In this document: positions 1-8,276 of the stretch, piece by piece
How the letters are laid out: each line of letters starts with the position of its first letter
How positions within the stretch are numbered: position 1 is the first letter of the stretch
NCBI GenBank assembly: GCA_964349525.1
Contig: CAYGGI010000003.1
Location: 1 to 35,662 of the forward strand
Source: an uncultured Candidatus Saccharibacteria bacterium
GTDB lineage: Bacteria > Patescibacteriota > Minisyncoccia > Phycocordibacterales > PALSA-1337
Direction of reading: 5' to 3'
Length of the DNA stretch: 35,662 nucleotides
Translations under genes and position numbers: made by a program
Notes under the pieces: generated by a model
Databases searched by the model: none
What the model was told of the DNA's origin: nothing
What the model saw: only the letters and a program-made list of their open reading frames with translations

Positions 1-33
1 ACTTTATGGAGTCTAAATATAGGCCGGGGCTGA

Positions 34-62
34 TTGACTTTTAACCTACGATAGGTTAGCAT
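34..62 (+). promoter_or_regulatory. sigma70 promoter TTGACT-N17-TAGCAT driving a small RNA; spacer contains palindrome TAACCTA-cga-TAGGTTA
   Basis: -35 at 34-39, 17-nt spacer, -10 at 57-62; inverted repeat 42-48/52-58. Confidence 0.65.
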
Positions 63-68
63 AACACT

Positions 69-116
69 ATGGATTGGGGTGTCCCCGATCGGCACGAGGT
101 CCCGCAAGGGACTTTT
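69..116 (+). ncRNA. candidate DUF3800-associated small RNA (two hairpins, GCAA tetraloop, U-tract)
   Basis: GATTGGGG-tgt-CCCCGATC hairpin, short linker, GTCCC-GCAA-GGGAC followed by TTTTT; promoter upstream; convergent with the DUF3800 gene 3' end. Confidence 0.55.
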
Positions 117-122
117 TGCATT

Positions 123-857
123 CTAAGGGAATATCTTCAACCCATATCCCACATACGACCCCGAACTGTTCTTTCTGAACTTCTTCTCTACAATGTCATA
201 CGCAGGATACGGTTCCTTTGGATTTATTATATGTCGAGCAACTGGGTATGCGCAGAGATCAGCTATCTGTAATCCGCAGTCGTTTTCCTTCTTTTTCTTA
301 AACTCTATTTTCTCCAATCTCTTTTTGAATCTCTCGGGAGTTATGTGGCTACTTCCATTATCAAGAAGACGGTTATAGCGTTTTTGGATTATCTCATCTT
401 CCACCTTGCCACGACTCTCAAGGGTGATGTGCATCGTGCTATCTCCTTTATCAATCTCCATGACCGCTCGCTCGAGGAGAAAAGAAAGTGATAACTCATA
501 TGGATCATCGGCAATCTTTCCATATTTTTCAATAAATTCTTTCTTGTTAATGCCGACAGAAATTACAGTGTAGTTGCCATTTCCAAGAATGAGATTTAGT
601 TTCTTATAGAAATCTTCCTTAACCTTGAGATCAAATAGTTTTACAAAAACGCCTTCGCATTTACGGATGTCTCGGCTATGGAGAATAGCATGTTCGCTTC
701 CAAAAAACTTTTTCTTGAGTTCTATAATTTTTGCACATATTTCTTGATAGGCAGAATCCTCAAAAAGACATCCGAGCAATACGAAAACAGGAAAATCAGT
801 ATTGACTGAGCTCAAGCTTGGGTCTCCCGATTCATCGATGAAAAGATGGTATTTCAT
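123..857 (-). CDS. DUF3800 family protein (RNase H-like fold, putative nuclease)
   Basis: N-terminal LFIDESGD and C-terminal LQIAD (QxxD) motifs characteristic of DUF3800; 244 aa. Confidence 0.88.
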   Translation of the reverse strand: MKYHLFIDESGDPSLSSVNTDFPVFVLLGCLFEDSAYQEICAKIIELKKKFFGSEHAILHSRDIRKCEGVFVKLFDLKVKEDFYKKLNLILGNGNYTVISVGINKKEFIEKYGKIADDPYELSLSFLLERAVMEIDKGDSTMHITLESRGKVEDEIIQKRYNRLLDNGSSHITPERFKKRLEKIEFKKKKENDCGLQIADLCAYPVARHIINPKEPYPAYDIVEKKFRKNSSGSYVGYGLKIFP

Positions 858-954
858 GGATATATTTTACACTAGAATCATGAAAAAGCCCCATGGCTCA
901 AATGCTGGAATTGAGCCACATTGTTGTTTATTGCGTCACGGCTCGAATTATCTG

Positions 955-1041
955 CGGAAAGGGGGAGATTTGAACTCCCGAGAAGCTTGCGCCCCTGGCA
1001 CTTTTCGAAAGTGCTGGTTTAAACCACTCACCCACCTTTCC
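955..1041 (-). tRNA. tRNA-Ser(CGA)
   Basis: GGAAAGG/CCTTTCC acceptor stem, GCACT-ttCGAaa-AGTGC anticodon arm, long variable arm, GTTCAAATC T-loop; CCA not encoded. Confidence 0.95.
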
Positions 1042-1082
1042 GTTTATTCCTTTTTTCCTACCATATCAAACAATAGCATTTT

Positions 1083-1110
1083 TTGCCATTTTCTCAAATA
1101 ATGGTATATT
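1083..1110 (+). promoter_or_regulatory. promoter for tRNA-Glu/CYTH unit (TTGCCA-N16-TATATT, extended -10 TG)
   Basis: hexamers just upstream of the tRNA 5' end at 1124. Confidence 0.5.
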
Positions 1111-1123
1111 AACTTGGCCAGAC

Positions 1124-1195
1124 GGCCCCATCGTCTAATGGTCAGGACAGCAGGTTTTCAATCTGTTAATTCGGGTTCGATTCCCGGTGGGGTCA
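1124..1195 (+). tRNA. tRNA-Glu(TTC)
   Basis: GGCCCCA/TGGGGTC acceptor stem, GCAGG-ttTTCaa-TCTGT anticodon arm, GGTTCGATTCC T-arm; CCA not encoded. Confidence 0.95.
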
Positions 1196-1201
1196 CAAAT
1201 T

Positions 1202-1759
1202 ATGAATACCCAAGAAATAGAATGTCGTTTTCTCGAAATAGACAAAGAGGCTTTAATAAAAAAGCTGCGTGAGCTTGGTGCGAAGGATCTCGGCGAAGTG
1301 ATGCTCGAGGAGACCATTATCTATGATCGGGAATTGAAATGGAGGGACGAGCAAAGGTTTCTGAAATTAAGGAAAGCAAAAGACAAAATAACGCTTACAT
1401 ATAAAGAGCAGAAAGAACACACGATCGATGGTACCTATGAAATAGAATTCGGAATCGATGATTTCAAGAAGGCGGAACTTCTTTTTGAAAAAATAGGGTT
1501 ACAACCTTTTCGACATCAACAGAAACTGCGTCACACTTTTCAGCTCGGTGAGGTGACCTTCGATATCGATACATGGCCGCGTATGCCGGCATATGTGGAG
1601 CTCGAGGGGGATTCAGAGGACGATCTGAAAAAGGCGGCGCAAGTCGTCGGTTATGACTGGAATAATGTTACTTTCAAACCGCCACGATGGATTATTGAAA
1701 CAAAATACAACATTCCTGTAGGAAAAATGACATGGTTCACCTTTGATAGATTCGAATAG
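1202..1759 (+). CDS. CYTH-domain protein (class IV adenylate cyclase/triphosphate tunnel metalloenzyme family)
   Basis: N-terminal EIECRF (ExExK-like), LRK, LTYK and YVELEG motifs; start set to ATG 1202, after the tRNA. Confidence 0.88.
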   Translation: MNTQEIECRFLEIDKEALIKKLRELGAKDLGEVMLEETIIYDRELKWRDEQRFLKLRKAKDKITLTYKEQKEHTIDGTYEIEFGIDDFKKAELLFEKIGLQPFRHQQKLRHTFQLGEVTFDIDTWPRMPAYVELEGDSEDDLKKAAQVVGYDWNNVTFKPPRWIIETKYNIPVGKMTWFTFDRFE

Positions 1760-1825
1760 AGGAAATTGTTATAATACTCCCCATAGGATTACCAAAAAAT
1801 ATTGAACGCATAACTTTTTAAATAT

Positions 1826-2248
1826 ATGACTACAGACCACATGAAAAAATACGCGCCTACAGTCCTCCGTATCGGTCTCTCGCTCGTATTTCTCTGGTTC
1901 GGCACGCAACAACTTCTCCATACAGCATCGTGGCTCAAAATGATCCCACAATCCATCGTTGACATTTCAGGCTTCACCGCACCTACACTCGTGCATTTCA
2001 ACGGCGCATTCGAGATCGTCTTTGGCATCTGTCTGCTCCTCGGATTTTTTACTCGCATCACAGCGCTCCTCCTCTCGCTCCATCTCCTCAACATCACCTT
2101 TGTCGTCGGCTATGGCGCAACGGGCGTGCGCGATTTCGGTCTCTCATTTGCCATGATTTCTCTATTCCTTTACGGCGCGGATTCTGTTAGTCTTGACGCA
2201 TGGTTAGCAAAAAGGAATTTTTCCAAAGGGCAGTCGGATATGCAGTAG
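1826..2248 (+). CDS. DoxX family membrane protein
   Basis: LRIGLSLVFLWFG, G-x-FEI-x-x-G-x-x-LLLG-FFTR and RD motifs; four hydrophobic segments. Confidence 0.85.
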   Translation: MTTDHMKKYAPTVLRIGLSLVFLWFGTQQLLHTASWLKMIPQSIVDISGFTAPTLVHFNGAFEIVFGICLLLGFFTRITALLLSLHLLNITFVVGYGATGVRDFGLSFAMISLFLYGADSVSLDAWLAKRNFSKGQSDMQ

Positions 2249-2766
2249 TCATCGGTCTCATCATTCTCGCGACCGGTCTCATTCTCTATTTCCAGAGACC
2301 ACCTGAAAATCCTGGAAAATACGCCGAGGATATCAGAGAAAATGTGCTCTACCGCGTCACGAGCGTACTCGATGGCGATACGCTCATTGCCAATGTCGCC
2401 GGCCACGAGGTCACCCTCCGCCTCCTCGGCATCGATACTCCCGAAATCGTCGATCCGCGGAAGCCTGTGCAATGCTATGGTCCGGAGGCTTCGGCAAAGG
2501 CTAGAGAGCTTCTCGCGGGTAAAGAAATATATATTGAAAAGGATGGAATCAAGGAGCATACGACGGGGAATTATGATAAATATGGGAGAGTACTCGCCTA
2601 TGTGAAGATGGCGGATGGGACTCTGTATAATCAAAAGATGATTGAAGAAGGATTCGCGCGAGAATACACTTTTGGAAAGGAAAAATACATTTATCAAAAA
2701 GAGTTTAAAGATGTCCAGAAAAAAGCGAAGAAGGAGAAAGTGGGACTGTGGGGGAAGTGTTTGTGA
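2200..2766 (+). CDS. membrane-anchored thermonuclease (SNase family)
   Basis: VLDGDT, RLLGIDTPE, DKYGRVLAYV and GLWG motifs; N-terminal TM. Confidence 0.92.
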   Translation: MVSKKEFFQRAVGYAVVIGLIILATGLILYFQRPPENPGKYAEDIRENVLYRVTSVLDGDTLIANVAGHEVTLRLLGIDTPEIVDPRKPVQCYGPEASAKARELLAGKEIYIEKDGIKEHTTGNYDKYGRVLAYVKMADGTLYNQKMIEEGFAREYTFGKEKYIYQKEFKDVQKKAKKEKVGLWGKCL

Positions 2767-2775
2767 GAAATAGAT

Positions 2776-2807
2776 AAAAATCGACCCCACACTTGCGTAT
2801 GGAGTCG
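2776..2807 (-). terminator. intrinsic terminator of orphan gene 2836-3171
   Basis: minus strand CGACTCCATAC-GCAA-GTGTGGGGTCG followed by ATTTTT. Confidence 0.65.
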
Positions 2808-2835
2808 GGTGAAAGGGAATGTCCTGGGCGAATCA

Positions 2836-3171
2836 CTACCGAGACTCAAGGTACCCTTGAATGACTGCCACGGCGGTGTCAAAGTCTTCCTGGCTGAAGT
2901 CAATCCCGTGATGACTGTAATGTCGTCCGAGGAAGAATGCTAACCGATCCATGCTGACGGGAACTGAACTTTCCAAGACCGCGGAGATGATATCACGCTT
3001 GTAGCATGCATCCCGATAGTCACGGAATGAATACTTGTCAGGCTGATCATGCCACGGTGCTTGGGGGTCCACTTTCCTGCCTTCGTACTCCTGAAGCTTT
3101 CCAGTTAGGAAAACCCGTAGGTCGTAATCCGTTGGGGGAGTGAGGATAATATCCCCACTTCTACTGTTCAT
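2836..3171 (-). CDS. hypothetical protein (orphan cassette)
   Basis: ORF with SD-like AAGGAG before ATG 3171, own TTGACT-N17-TATGGT promoter and terminator. Confidence 0.65.
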   Translation of the reverse strand: MNSRSGDIILTPPTDYDLRVFLTGKLQEYEGRKVDPQAPWHDQPDKYSFRDYRDACYKRDIISAVLESSVPVSMDRLAFFLGRHYSHHGIDFSQEDFDTAVAVIQGYLESR

Positions 3172-3303
3172 GATGTGCTCCTTGGTTGGTTTACACCACC
3201 ATAACATCTTTTATAAAATAAGTCAAATAAATCGAGAAGTTATCGAGATAAAAGCGGAGGTGTTGAGTTTGCCACACTGTCAACATGTTATATAATACAG
3301 AGT

Positions 3304-6300
3304 ATGAAATCTGAAAAGATACTTGTGATATTTATTTCACTTGCAGTCTTGTTTATTACCACATCTGTTTCTGCTCAAACTACTGCAAGCGACCCTTGCA
3401 AAATTTCCCTTTCCCTCAATGTCACTCCTGACTTTCTGATCATCCCTCCTGATTCTGTGGTTGATTCACCTGATTTCCTCGTTCCTCCTTCTAGTGTTGT
3501 TCCAAAAACCAATATCTCGGGAGATTTCAATGCAACTGAAAAATGCAAAGCGCCTTTCACCATTCATCTTTTCGACGAAGTACGATCAGAACCTCCCGTC
3601 ATCATTGATACTACTACAAAAAACCTCTCGTATTCTTTCAAAAAAGATGTAAATAATAATCGCACTATGACTGGTGATAGACGAGTGAAACTATCTGTAG
3701 CCGATGCCTGTGGATATAATAACAATGTTAGCGTTTACAATAGTGTTGTTGATGGCGGAAATACCAGTAAGGCAGCTTTTGATCTCTTGAAAAAGAAACA
3801 TCCTCCCGAGAGTAGCAAGAAGAGCGATGGAAGCAAGACACAATATAATCCGAATAATCCAAGACCAGCTCAGGAATTGAAAGTTTCAGATATAGTCTCG
3901 ACCTCCGTTGATTTTGATCCTGAGTATGTCAAAGAAACTATTCGGGACAGGCATTTTACTCCCCATAAGCCATTTGCACCGCTAGATATAGTCCAAGTAA
4001 AAATAGAAGTAAAAATACCAAGTTGTCTTTCAAGAGATATTATTAATGATTTAAAAAATACATATTTTACCGGAACTCTTGTGGGAATTGACTTCAAGGG
4101 TGATGAATCAAATATCAATTCAGGAAAATTTTCTCTCGTTGAACCGTATACCGGTGGCAATGCAACTTTTTCCATGAAACTGCTTCTGAGTGCCTCGGAG
4201 GATCTCATATCTGCTATTAAAGAGGCGAAGCCTATTGAAATTAAGATCAATGACGATTCGCAGTCAATTTCACAAAGTGTTCCCATACAAAAACCGACAA
4301 AGAAAGTTGTCTTTGAAATGACCAATTGCGCACAAGTATATGGAAGCGGTTTTTTGAAGGTGGTAAATATGCGTGGTAGAAGTTCGCAAATGACGCCTGC
4401 AGATCTGGTTACTATTGCGGATAAAAATATTAAGGAGGGTTTTGATGCTATTGAACCGTTTAAGGTTTCTCGACAGAGATTTTCTCATTTTGTAGATTTC
4501 GAGATAGAGCCTGATTCTGTTTGGCCAATGCGAAATATAGGTAACAGTAGTGCTTTTGCAGAATCTTATTATGATAGAGTGCCAAATTACTCTTCATGCA
4601 ATTCTTCTTCGAGACTATTTATACTCTATAGCGATCGAATCAGCAGTTCATATACTGCCAAATTTGCTAAAGTTATTTTTATGGAAAAGCCTGATACCTC
4701 TTATAGTCCGAGAGCTCTTATACATGAGGTTGGACATGCGCTCGCTGGATTGCAAGATGAATATGTATATAAGGGGTCCTACGGAAGAAATTCTGCTGAC
4801 GATGGTCTTTTTACAGGAAAGAATTGCGCAAAGTTGCCAGCAGTTGATTTTAGCTATAATGGCAATAGATATGGCGATATAAATCGACAAGGTTGTGGAA
4901 AGAGCAGTCTCTATCGATCAACCGATGATAGTATGATGAAAAATACTAAGAATAACTTCAATGTTGTTTCTTGCGGTTATATCTTTGCGGCGATTGAAGG
5001 AGGAAATGGACCTGAATATTGGCAAAAGTGTATGGAGATTAATACTATCGTGAAGCCTTATGGGATGCCTAACTATCATGGCATGCTTCCTTTCCAAAAA
5101 AATATTACAGATTCTTTGGATGGATTGCTTATGGCACAAGTGGTAAAGGCGCCGATTGTCGAAAATATTATCGATAAAATTCCAGAGAAATCAACTGAAT
5201 CGGGGAAATATTATATACTAGAAAACTTCTCCCCCGGCGGCACCATCACAGGTGACATATTCCCTATAATTGACGATGAAAATGGTGAAATCTCCCCCAC
5301 CCCTGTTCCCGAACCCGCTCCCACTTTTGACCTCTCCATCCGTCCAGTCACGAAGCCTCCAAGTCCCTACACGAGCGGTAAAGATGAAAGCATCGCCGTC
5401 CTCAAAGGTTCAAATATTGAACTCAAGTGGACATCAGACGGATCTTCGAAATGTTCCCTCATAGAAGCAGAAGCTCAAATCCCATTGAGTACTGATCCGG
5501 AAAGCAACAATTTCGTGCAAAAGAACCTCATTTTCCCAACCTATCAATACCAACTCACCTGCGGAGCGTCAGTAGAAACGGTCAATGTGATGGTCTACAA
5601 GGAAGGGGAGAAACCTCCAACTTTCATATCGAAAGTTTCTTCTCTCGTAGAGACTGCGGTAAAGAAAGTATCATGTTCTGTACTCAACAATTGTCCTCCA
5701 CCTCCACTACCACCCCCTCCTGTTCCTGTTTTACCAAAACTAACTACTCCACAGATCACAGCGTCTCCATCACCCAAAGTTGTTCCAACTGCAATTCCTT
5801 CCTCTACTCCTTCTCCTTCAGTCACAGCTTCACCGACTCTCACTCCAAGCATTACTCCCTCCCCATCATCCTCCTTACCCAACCTTCAGCCTTCAACTCC
5901 AACTATCGCAGGGACACCAACAGGAACCCAAAGTCAATTCTACACAGGTAGTATAACCATCAAATCTACCATAACAAATACCGGTACAGGATCAGGAGGA
6001 TCTTCCTCCACATACTTCCAATTCTCGACCGATGGCACGAACTTCTTCGACTGGGCGCCCATATCTCTGCCAACTCTCAGCGTGGGTGCTTCCTACACTG
6101 CCTCATATACTTGGAATGGAGGAACCGGCACCTACTACTTCCGTACGCGCATCAATTCCACTTACTCCTCGCCAGTAACTTTTGCCATCGTATCTCTGCC
6201 AGCGCAAAGTCCTAGCCCTTCACCGTCTGTAACTCCTAGTTCCACTCCTTCTCCCTCGGCGACTCCAATCTCATCAGTCACCGCTTCGCCATCGCCGACA

Positions 6301-6663
6301 TCGAGTCCATCTCCAAGTCCTACCGTCTCTCCTTCCTCTACTCCACTCCAAACTGTTTCTGTCACTCCTACTCCCACAACATCAGCTACGCCGACTCCAA
6401 CCACTTCCTCAAGTCCGAGTCCTTCAAGTAGTCCTTCGGTTACGGCTTCTCCATCACCCACAACTACGGCTTCTCCAAGCTCGAGCCATTCATCTTCTTC
6501 CACTTCATCTCCATCGCCAAGCTCTTCTTTATCACCTTCGTCATCTGCTTCACCATCATCATCTAGTCATGCCAGCGCAGATCGTAGCAACCGAAGCGTC
6601 CTTGCCGCAGCTCTCTACGCCCTTGGGGATTTCCTCGATTCTTTATTTAGCCTTCAGAAATAG
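3304..6663 (+). CDS. large secreted/surface protein with M64-like (IgA peptidase-type) zinc metallopeptidase domain, CARDB/Ig-like domain and Ser/Pro/Thr-rich stalk
   Basis: signal peptide ending VSA-Q; EPFK and HEVGHALAGLQDEY motifs; PNL...ITNTG Ig-like segment; long SPS/TPT low-complexity tail. Confidence 0.75.
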   Translation: MKSEKILVIFISLAVLFITTSVSAQTTASDPCKISLSLNVTPDFLIIPPDSVVDSPDFLVPPSSVVPKTNISGDFNATEKCKAPFTIHLFDEVRSEPPVIIDTTTKNLSYSFKKDVNNNRTMTGDRRVKLSVADACGYNNNVSVYNSVVDGGNTSKAAFDLLKKKHPPESSKKSDGSKTQYNPNNPRPAQELKVSDIVSTSVDFDPEYVKETIRDRHFTPHKPFAPLDIVQVKIEVKIPSCLSRDIINDLKNTYFTGTLVGIDFKGDESNINSGKFSLVEPYTGGNATFSMKLLLSASEDLISAIKEAKPIEIKINDDSQSISQSVPIQKPTKKVVFEMTNCAQVYGSGFLKVVNMRGRSSQMTPADLVTIADKNIKEGFDAIEPFKVSRQRFSHFVDFEIEPDSVWPMRNIGNSSAFAESYYDRVPNYSSCNSSSRLFILYSDRISSSYTAKFAKVIFMEKPDTSYSPRALIHEVGHALAGLQDEYVYKGSYGRNSADDGLFTGKNCAKLPAVDFSYNGNRYGDINRQGCGKSSLYRSTDDSMMKNTKNNFNVVSCGYIFAAIEGGNGPEYWQKCMEINTIVKPYGMPNYHGMLPFQKNITDSLDGLLMAQVVKAPIVENIIDKIPEKSTESGKYYILENFSPGGTITGDIFPIIDDENGEISPTPVPEPAPTFDLSIRPVTKPPSPYTSGKDESIAVLKGSNIELKWTSDGSSKCSLIEAEAQIPLSTDPESNNFVQKNLIFPTYQYQLTCGASVETVNVMVYKEGEKPPTFISKVSSLVETAVKKVSCSVLNNCPPPPLPPPPVPVLPKLTTPQITASPSPKVVPTAIPSSTPSPSVTASPTLTPSITPSPSSSLPNLQPSTPTIAGTPTGTQSQFYTGSITIKSTITNTGTGSGGSSSTYFQFSTDGTNFFDWAPISLPTLSVGASYTASYTWNGGTGTYYFRTRINSTYSSPVTFAIVSLPAQSPSPSPSVTPSSTPSPSATPISSVTASPSPTSSPSPSPTVSPSSTPLQTVSVTPTPTTSATPTPTTSSSPSPSSSPSVTASPSPTTTASPSSSHSSSSTSSPSPSSSLSPSSSASPSSSSHASADRSNRSVLAAALYALGDFLDSLFSLQK

Positions 6664-7578
6664 ATAAATATCCTCTAGCGCCTTGACCGCATCTCCCGCA
6701 GCAATATTATTCTGATGATAGAGCCCATCTGTGCAGTCTCCCGCCGCCCAAATTCCCTTGACCGAAGTTTCCTGCGTTCGCGGATCGACGATAATATGAT
6801 TAAATTGATCCATCTTTACTAAATCTTTTGCGAAATATGTCGTCGGAATCGAGCCGATCTCGACAAAGATTCCCGTGACCGCTAGATCCACATCTTTCCC
6901 TGAAACAGTATCAGTATATGTGAAACCGTTGACAAACTTATCTCCTTTGACCTCTTTTGAAATGGCGTTCGTGATGATTTTGAAATGGGGATTCTTCGAG
7001 ACGGCGAGGGTGGTGACGGGATCGGCGCGGAATTTGTCGGTACGATTGATGAGAGTCACACTTTTACAATATGCCAAAAGCTGAGAAGCGCTCTCGAATG
7101 CCGCGTTGCCTCCACCGACGACGACGACATCCTGTCCGTTAAAAAGGGGACCGTCGCAACTCGCGCAGTAGGTCAGGCCCTTGTGTTCGAAGGTATCAGC
7201 GCCCTTTGCCTCGAGTTTTTTTCTGAAACTGCCGGTGGTGATGAGAACGGTTTTAGCTTCATAAGAATTTTTCCCAGTTGATATGTTGAATTTTACATCC
7301 TTACCTTCACCAATTTTTTCTATCTTGTCTGCACCTTCTCCCACTTTAATATCAACAAAATTTCCCGCATAGGCTCGGAGATGCCCCTCGAGATTCTTTG
7401 CAAAATCCGCGCCGGGAATCTTCACCGTCCCGATCCAATTCTCAATGCCTTCGGAGACGCTGCTCTGGCTATTCCAGTCTTTGGTAATAAAAATGGTCTT
7501 GAGCTGTTTGCGCGCAGCATAGACCCCCGCGGCAACTCCCGCAGGTCCACCACCAATGATTGCAAGGTCGTAGGGCAT
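6643..7578 (-). CDS. trxB: thioredoxin reductase (TrxB/AhpF C-terminal-like FAD-dependent disulfide reductase)
   Basis: GGGPAG FAD motif, YCASCDG CxxC, GGGNAA NAD(P)H motif, TSVKGIWAAGD. Confidence 0.88.
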   Translation of the reverse strand: MPYDLAIIGGGPAGVAAGVYAARKQLKTIFITKDWNSQSSVSEGIENWIGTVKIPGADFAKNLEGHLRAYAGNFVDIKVGEGADKIEKIGEGKDVKFNISTGKNSYEAKTVLITTGSFRKKLEAKGADTFEHKGLTYCASCDGPLFNGQDVVVVGGGNAAFESASQLLAYCKSVTLINRTDKFRADPVTTLAVSKNPHFKIITNAISKEVKGDKFVNGFTYTDTVSGKDVDLAVTGIFVEIGSIPTTYFAKDLVKMDQFNHIIVDPRTQETSVKGIWAAGDCTDGLYHQNNIAAGDAVKALEDIYLFLKAK

Positions 7579-7668
7579 AGAGGACATTGTAACAAAAAGT
7601 TCAAAAGAATGTCCTATTGACTTTTATATAAAATATGATATACAGATAGCATAGTTCTTTGATTTATT

Positions 7669-8130
7669 ATGAATGATAATCTTGATCCGATGGTTCGAGT
7701 CGATCCGAGCTCTATCACCTTACCATGGTGGCTTACAGGTTTCGAATACCTCGACTTGCAAGCTTGCGGACCAAAGGAATTTGACGTCCGCCAGATCCAA
7801 AGGCATAGGCTTCCCGAGCAGGATACGGCAAAGTGGATATGTGGTAGAACGATCTACAACTTCCATTTGAAAAACAACATGGTTCCTGGAGATTTCGGGA
7901 TTCATGAGATTCGAGCACTCTTTATGCGAGGACTTCCGTTCTACCAAGAGTTTCTGAAAGGGGTCATTGGCGTGGGATGGAAATCTCTCGCTCGTGATTT
8001 GGCGGGTCGCCCGGACGATCTCTATGTTCCATTCATCTGCGAACGAAAAGATTCAGGTGTGCTCGTAATGGATTGGTGTAAGATCGACAACGCTCACTTC
8101 CATGTCGAAGGCACCGCGTTTCGTTATTGA
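7669..8130 (+). CDS. hypothetical protein (orphan cassette)
   Basis: 153-aa ORF with upstream TTGACT -35 and downstream hairpins; no recognisable motif. Confidence 0.65.
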   Translation: MNDNLDPMVRVDPSSITLPWWLTGFEYLDLQACGPKEFDVRQIQRHRLPEQDTAKWICGRTIYNFHLKNNMVPGDFGIHEIRALFMRGLPFYQEFLKGVIGVGWKSLARDLAGRPDDLYVPFICERKDSGVLVMDWCKIDNAHFHVEGTAFRY

Positions 8131-8147
8131 TAACCAGTTTGACACAA

Positions 8148-8219
8148 AAACCCTGCATCGCTCCGGCGGCGCAGGGTTTCCTTCATATGAAAAAGTGACG
8201 AAAAATTCGTCACTTTTTT
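8148..8219 (+). repeat. composite two-hairpin repeat, copy 1 (UCCG-loop hairpin + AAAAAGTGACGAA-aaa-TTCGTCACTTTTT); probably also a bidirectional terminator
   Basis: same geometry as 9776-9847; partial copy at 17758-17780. Confidence 0.75.
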
Positions 8220-8276
8220 GAACTCATAAAATAAGACCTCCCGCCGGTTCTATTTAGATCTAGCCTTATTCTGACC

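Noticed and set aside
61..68. 8-mer ATAACACT shared by both DUF3800-RNA loci (61-68 and 21001-21008)
   Set aside because: It lies in different positions (promoter-proximal versus internal), and an 8-mer match is weak evidence without more homologues
5690..6570. Repetitive TCT/CCA/ACT-rich DNA resembling a repeat array
   Set aside because: Explained by Ser/Pro/Thr codons of the surface protein; no constant repeat-spacer period, so not CRISPR or TIGR-like
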